Source: an uncultured Chroococcidiopsis sp. (lineage in GTDB: Bacteria; Cyanobacteriota; Cyanobacteriia; Cyanobacteriales; Chroococcidiopsidaceae). Taken from it: 38,024 bases of DNA. Below are positions 33,596-38,024 of this stretch, piece by piece. The notes below the pieces were generated by a model. The model made no database searches, was not told the DNA's origin, and worked only from the letters and a program-made list of their open reading frames with translations. How positions within the stretch are numbered: the stretch's first letter is position 1; every line of letters starts with the position of its first letter. A program made the translations under genes and the position numbers. The DNA is taken from assembly GCA_964248365.1 (NCBI GenBank), contig CAXTYC010000041.1, positions 1 to 38,024 of the forward strand, given 5' to 3'.

Positions 33596-33630
33596 TCAGA
33601 AAGGCTGGCTTAATTTTTTTAGGAAACATC

Positions 33631-33736
33631 TCATAAAGCTAAACGTCTTCAAGTACCATATCAGATCATTTTATTATTTCAGAGTCCCCATTCTCCACAA
33701 TTAAATCCACTTGAGCAAGTTTGCCAATATATGGAG
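33631..33736 (+). pseudogene. IS630 transposase DDE fragment
   Basis: HKAKRLQVPYQIILLFQSPHSPQLNPLEQVCQYM. Confidence 0.75.
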
Positions 33737-34984
33737 CAGTGACACGATTTCTGATAATGCCAAAATACTTAACTAGACAGAATGCTTTCCATCCAATGTA
33801 TGTCACTTATTTCTTGACACATACAGGCTTGAAGAAGCGCAAAGTTTATCTAGTAGTTTATTACCCCATACTTTAGGAATATCTACTAGGTGCAAAATCA
33901 AATAAGCTATTCCCTGTAGCATAAATTTGTATAGTAATACCATTGACATTTTTTGTAATGAGATGGTCAAGTTTTAGATGCATCTTTAGAAACTTCCATA
34001 GCAACTCGATTCCCCACGGCATCGATAAATTTCCAGAATTTCTTCATCAGTAATAACTCCTTCTCCTGTTCGAGGTAAATTTGTCACTAATCGATACTCT
34101 GCCTTCGTTTCCAAATCACAGAATTGGATAACTCGGTATAACCCCCGCTTTTGACGCATTTGGCGAAAAGAAAATAAGACAACCTTTAAACCACACAAAC
34201 TATCCGTTATGCACCACCTACCCATTAAAGAAGGTTGTCTTATTTTCTAAGCCTTACCCCCGCGACCAGTCCCTACCTGCGTTAATTCAGATTCTTCATG
34301 AAATTATAGCTTGTATTTATTCCCAATTCGGAGAACAAAATACTTATCTGCTTCCACTGTATTTTGTAAAAACTTTAGACCAGCAAATCCTCTATCCATC
34401 ACCCCAACATCATTTTCTGGCAGGGCATTCATCATCTTTTGACCATATTTATAATCATGGTTTAACCCAAAAATAATGAAATTCTCCTCAGTAACACCAG
34501 TGTTTAAGTGCAAAGAACTAAAAAGTTTGAAGGAATGATATCCCAAACTCCACAACAATTTACCTGTTAAAGAGATTGTGGTTGAATCTATCGGACAATA
34601 GCATATTTATCATTAAGTCTCTTTCGAGAAACTAGCCTAGATAGTTGGCGGTAAATTTGTTGAAATATCTGCTGGCTCCGATGAGAGCTAGCTTTAGAGA
34701 AAGTAGAGATATTTACAGAAAAGCCTGTGTTGTTTAATCGCGCGAAATTTATCTCTCATACTTGTTAAGCTTTTATCCATTGCATAGCTTAACCAACACT
34801 AGACAAACAAGCGGGTGTTCAAAACTGGATAATCGTTTTTAGGTAGGGGCGCTAGAACCTTTACAGGCAATCTTGGGAAACGAACTTATAATCACAAGCT
34901 ATTACTATTATTCTAAAATCCGCCCAAGTTTATCAGATTTTGGGTTGATTTTTTATGTGTTTTTTTTAACATTCAACACTTCTG
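33737..34984 (-). mobile_element. IS4-family element with a transposase pseudogene
   Basis: Minus strand reads LPKNDYPVLNTRLF, PIDSTTISLTGKLLW, GVMDRGFAG and YRLVTNLP..IYR, with several frameshifts and stops. One end is CAGAAGTGTTGAATGTTAA (ending 34984). The other end is not recognisable. Confidence 0.8.
34157..34264. mobile_element. Hairpin unit inserted in the IS4 transposase
   Basis: 18-bp perfect arms AGAAAATAAGACAACCTT (34169-186) / AAGGTTGTCTTATTTTCT (34231-248). Removing 108 bp rejoins QVGTG|RQKRGLYRV. Confidence 0.88.
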
Positions 34985-35159
34985 GAAAATTAACTAAACA
35001 AATTATTGCATCTATTGCTGGAAGGCAATATATTTTAGAGGCTTTATCTGTTGCCGCCTTTTAGAGAATTGGTATTATCCAATCCAATCATCGCATCAAT
35101 TACTCAACGACAATATATCCTGCTTGCTTTATCTGTTGCCCTATTTTAGAGAATTGGTA
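34985..35159 (+). mobile_element. Two tandem IS630 right ends with C-terminal coding remnants
   Basis: IIASIAGRQYILEALSVAAF* and IIASITQRQYILLALSVALF*, each followed by TTTTAGAGAATTGGTA (ends 35074 and 35159), complementary to the left end at 27651. Confidence 0.8.
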
Positions 35160-35722
35160 TAACTCAATTACCTCAACAGATAACGTAACAATTGCCTTCC
35201 CCAATTTTTCGAGCCTTGCCTCCTACGGGTTCAAACCAAACAGATAACTCAATAACACCGTGCCGTCAACTCAAAAAACCCACCCTCTTTTTCCAGGTCC
35301 TAGCCTCGCAGAGCTTCATACCCCGTCCTTCACCCACTATGCACCACAGACTACTCAAAAAAGCTCTCCCATATTTTTTAGGCAATTTTCACTCGTCTCA
35401 TTTTTTTAGAGTTACATCGTGTTCCCCTATTTTTTGCAACGCCCAGTTGTACCCTCTTAAAAAGATCCACGTCACCAACTCGAAAACCCTAATACAGGGT
35501 AATACCATGAGCATAAAAATAAATCCTGCCTGCGTATTGGGTATATTGGTTGTGAGCGGAGGATCTTGAAAAGATGGCAGGATTTATTTTTAAAGTCTCA
35601 TCTTTTGGCTGGCATTATTTTTCACAAGATAGCCTCCCTTGGCTTTAAACCTTTGTAGATTATTCCGCAGTGCGACACAGATATTTTTAGAAGCCTGCCA
35701 TTATTTTTCTTCTTCTTCCCTC
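35160..35722. repeat. Third cluster of hairpin-family sequence (mostly right arms, one complete unit)
   Basis: Complete pair 35514-530/35576-592. 35326-35435 is an inverted homolog of about 29617-29746. AACAGATAAC loop motifs present. Confidence 0.8.
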
Positions 35723-35725
35723 AAA

Positions 35726-36084
35726 AAGACCACAACAGTGGTGCAGTGTTGTCATATGTGTTAGCGCCCCATGACGATGAAGCGTTTGTGAAGTTGAAAG
35801 CCCTGTTAGAGGCGTTTGGGATTACCCATTTCTACACTGATGGCTGGGGAGCTTATGAACGCCATCTTGACGTTGATGTTCATACCGTTGGGAAACGCAA
35901 TACCCAGAAGATTGAACGAAAGCATTTAACAAGCGTTGCGGACTCGAATTAAACGATTAGCTCGTAAAACGATTTGCTTTTCGCGCATCCGAATATATGC
36001 ACGATGTTGTCATCGGATTGTTTATCAATCGGTACGAATTTGGCTTAGCCATTTAGAACCAAACAACAACTCTATAACACTACC
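35726..36084 (+). mobile_element. IS1-family 3' fragment (InsB remnant and right inverted repeat)
   Basis: DHNSGAVLSYVL..FYTDGWGAYERH..TQKIERKHLT..RTRIKRLARKTICFS. Ends in CACTACC. Confidence 0.85.
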
Positions 36085-36176
36085 GACGAAATTAACAGCG
36101 TTCTGTTTGTTGATAGCAAGGTGACTGGGGGGAGAACTGGGTGATTCTTATAAGTACATTATAAGGAATGTGAATT

Positions 36177-37352
36177 TTATTTTTTTAGCAAGCTTAACAA
36201 ATTGCGGTTCTGCTTGCGACGCAAAAAAGTTACAAAAGCAGTGACTAGCATTACCAAGCTAAGTCCACAGACTCCATCCCACTGCCAGTAACTCCAGCCA
36301 TATGCTGCTAAAAATGACCCGATTGCTCCGCCGACAAAGTAGAACATGATATAAAGGGCATTCAGGCGGCTATGAAACTCTAGTGGCAAGCTATATATTT
36401 GTGTTTGATTGGATATTTGTGTAGTTTGTACTCCCAAATCCAGTAGAATTACTCCAACCACCAATCCCCACAGTTGATGTCCTAGTCCCCAGAACACTAG
36501 GAACGACAACGTGCTGATAGCAAGCCCCAACCCGATGGTTAGCCTTGGACTGCTTCGATCTGCCAATTTACCAACTAAAGGGGCAGCAACCGCCCCAACC
36601 ACACCTACCAGACCAAATAGCCCTGTGACATCACTACCATAGTGGTAGGGCGGCAGCTCTAGCTTGAACACCAAAGTACTCCAAAAGGCGCTAAATGCAC
36701 CAAACGACAAGGCTCCAATTGCTGAAACGTCTCGTAGCACCTGATACTTCCGAACTAATTTGAACAAAGACCCCATCAAGTTTTGATAAGAAACTTTGAG
36801 TGATGATTGGCTTTTTGGCAGTATCCTAAACAACGTTACTGCCAAAGCGACCATCAGCCCACTAGCGAGCCAGTACATTGCTCTCCAGCCAAAGAGCGCC
36901 CCAACAAACCCGCTCACAGTTCGAGCTACGAGAATGCCGATTAACAATCCGCTCATGACTGTGCCGACTACCTTGCCGCGTTGTTGTGGAGCAGCAAGAG
37001 TTGCTGCAAACGGAACTATGATCTGGGCGGCGATCGCACTCATGCCAATCGCAAAGCTAGCGCCAATCAGCCAAGTAATGGTGGGTGACATTGCAGCCAA
37101 AGCCAGAGCTAAAGCCGTTACCCCTAACATGGTCACGATTAGTTTCCGTCGCTCGACTAAATCACCTAAAGGAACAAACAGCAAAATTCCAAAGGCATAG
37201 CCAATTTGGGTTAGTACGGGAATGAATCCTACTACGTGAGCCGACTGATGAAAGCTCTTTTGTATCACTGCTAACAGGGGTTGGTTGTAATATAGATTAG
37301 CGACAGTGGCTCCACTGGCAATCGCCATACTCCAAACAAGGTAAGAGCGCAT
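36177..37352 (-). CDS. MFS transporter
   Basis: ANLYYNQPLL, PLGDLVERRKL and GLLIGILVARTVSG motifs, about 12 hydrophobic segments. Start placed at ATG 37352 because the longer ORF overlaps the divergent HAD gene. Confidence 0.9.
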   Translation of the reverse strand: MRSYLVWSMAIASGATVANLYYNQPLLAVIQKSFHQSAHVVGFIPVLTQIGYAFGILLFVPLGDLVERRKLIVTMLGVTALALALAAMSPTITWLIGASFAIGMSAIAAQIIVPFAATLAAPQQRGKVVGTVMSGLLIGILVARTVSGFVGALFGWRAMYWLASGLMVALAVTLFRILPKSQSSLKVSYQNLMGSLFKLVRKYQVLRDVSAIGALSFGAFSAFWSTLVFKLELPPYHYGSDVTGLFGLVGVVGAVAAPLVGKLADRSSPRLTIGLGLAISTLSFLVFWGLGHQLWGLVVGVILLDLGVQTTQISNQTQIYSLPLEFHSRLNALYIMFYFVGGAIGSFLAAYGWSYWQWDGVCGLSLVMLVTAFVTFLRRKQNRNLLSLLKK

Positions 37353-37429
37353 ACTAAGACTATATACTGATAATTTGACTAAAGCCGAAAGTAGTAATAT
37401 TAGCGCAATAACAGTTAGGAATTGATAGC

Positions 37430-37748
37430 ATGAGCGAACTACGTGCATTGATTTTTGATGTTGACGGAACTTTAGCAGACACACAAGCGTGATGGTCATC
37501 GCTTAGGTTTTAATCGCGCTTTTGCCCAAGCCGGACTTGATTGGGACTGGTCCGAGCTATTATATCGGGAATTACTCGCAGTAGCAGGAGGCAAAGAACG
37601 GATACGATTTTACTTAAACAAGTACCGACCAGACTTTGCCTGTTCTACTAATCTTGATGAATTTATTGCCCAGCTTCACGCTGCCAAAACTGTGCATTAC
37701 CAGCAACTAGTAGCATCAGGTGCTATCCCATTGCGTCCTGGGGTTACA
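37430..37748 (+). pseudogene. CbbY-like HAD-superfamily hydrolase, frameshifted and truncated
   Basis: MSELRALIFDVDGTLADT, then a frameshift near 37485, then RDGHRLGFNRAFAQAGLDWDW..GGKERIRFY..IPLRPGV. Similarity stops abruptly at about 37748. Confidence 0.85.
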
Positions 37749-38024
37749 ACATCTCTTGGGCAAAAATGGCGGTTTGATGATTGGAACGAGAGATTTGCCT
37801 CGAATCATTCGAGGCAAACTCTCTCGGATATCTGTTAGTGTCGCGGATCTTTGTTGAAGGCACGCTCGCCGTCGCCAAAATATTAGGAATGCCCTGTTTT
37901 AAAGATCCCCTGCGCTTCGTTTAACCTAAATGAGTAGTAATACTCAGGGACGGTTAGCAAGGGTTAAGCACGAATGGCACGAAGAAAAGCTCTGAGGTAT
38001 ACAGGATAAGGACTACAGTTTTTA
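37749..38024. repeat. Probable start of another hairpin-family cluster
   Basis: GCAAAAATGGCGG left arm, palindrome 37787-37826, and loop-like ATATCTGTTAGTGTCGCGGATCTTTGTTGAAGG. Closing arms are not visible in the window. Confidence 0.5.

Noticed and set aside
37353..37499. N-terminal extension of the MFS ORF
   Set aside because: Overlaps the divergent HAD gene start and its RBS. ATG 37352 is more plausible.

Overview
Cyanobacterial chromosomal window: there are more than 20 HIP1 GCGATCGC octamers and STRR-type heptamer repeats. Positions 1-25.5 kb are conserved core DNA. They hold an hmp/pil chemosensory cluster (PatA-CheY-CheW-MCP-CheA plus divergent hmpF), tilS, a second ptx/pix-type phototaxis cluster (PatA-CheY-CheW-multi-GAF cyanobacteriochrome MCP-CheA-CheW), moeA and a Ser/Thr kinase with pentapeptide repeats. 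Positions 25.7-36.1 kb are a HIP1-free zone of nested, broken IS5, IS630, IS1 and IS4 elements, followed by an MFS transporter and a disrupted CbbY-like HAD hydrolase. The most unusual signal is a family of about 105-110 bp non-coding hairpin units. Each has an A-tract plus a variable stem, a G/T-rich loop often containing TTATCTGTT, and the complementary stem plus a T-tract, with a near-constant core span of 77-83 bp. Stem sequences differ between copies yet stay complementary. Single units interrupt three different transposase genes, units insert into each other, and they accumulate as nested arrays at about 28.16-30.29 kb, 32.08-32.35 kb and 35.16-35.72 kb, and probably from 37.75 kb. I do not recognise this element family. 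All coordinates were read by eye and may be off by a few bases.
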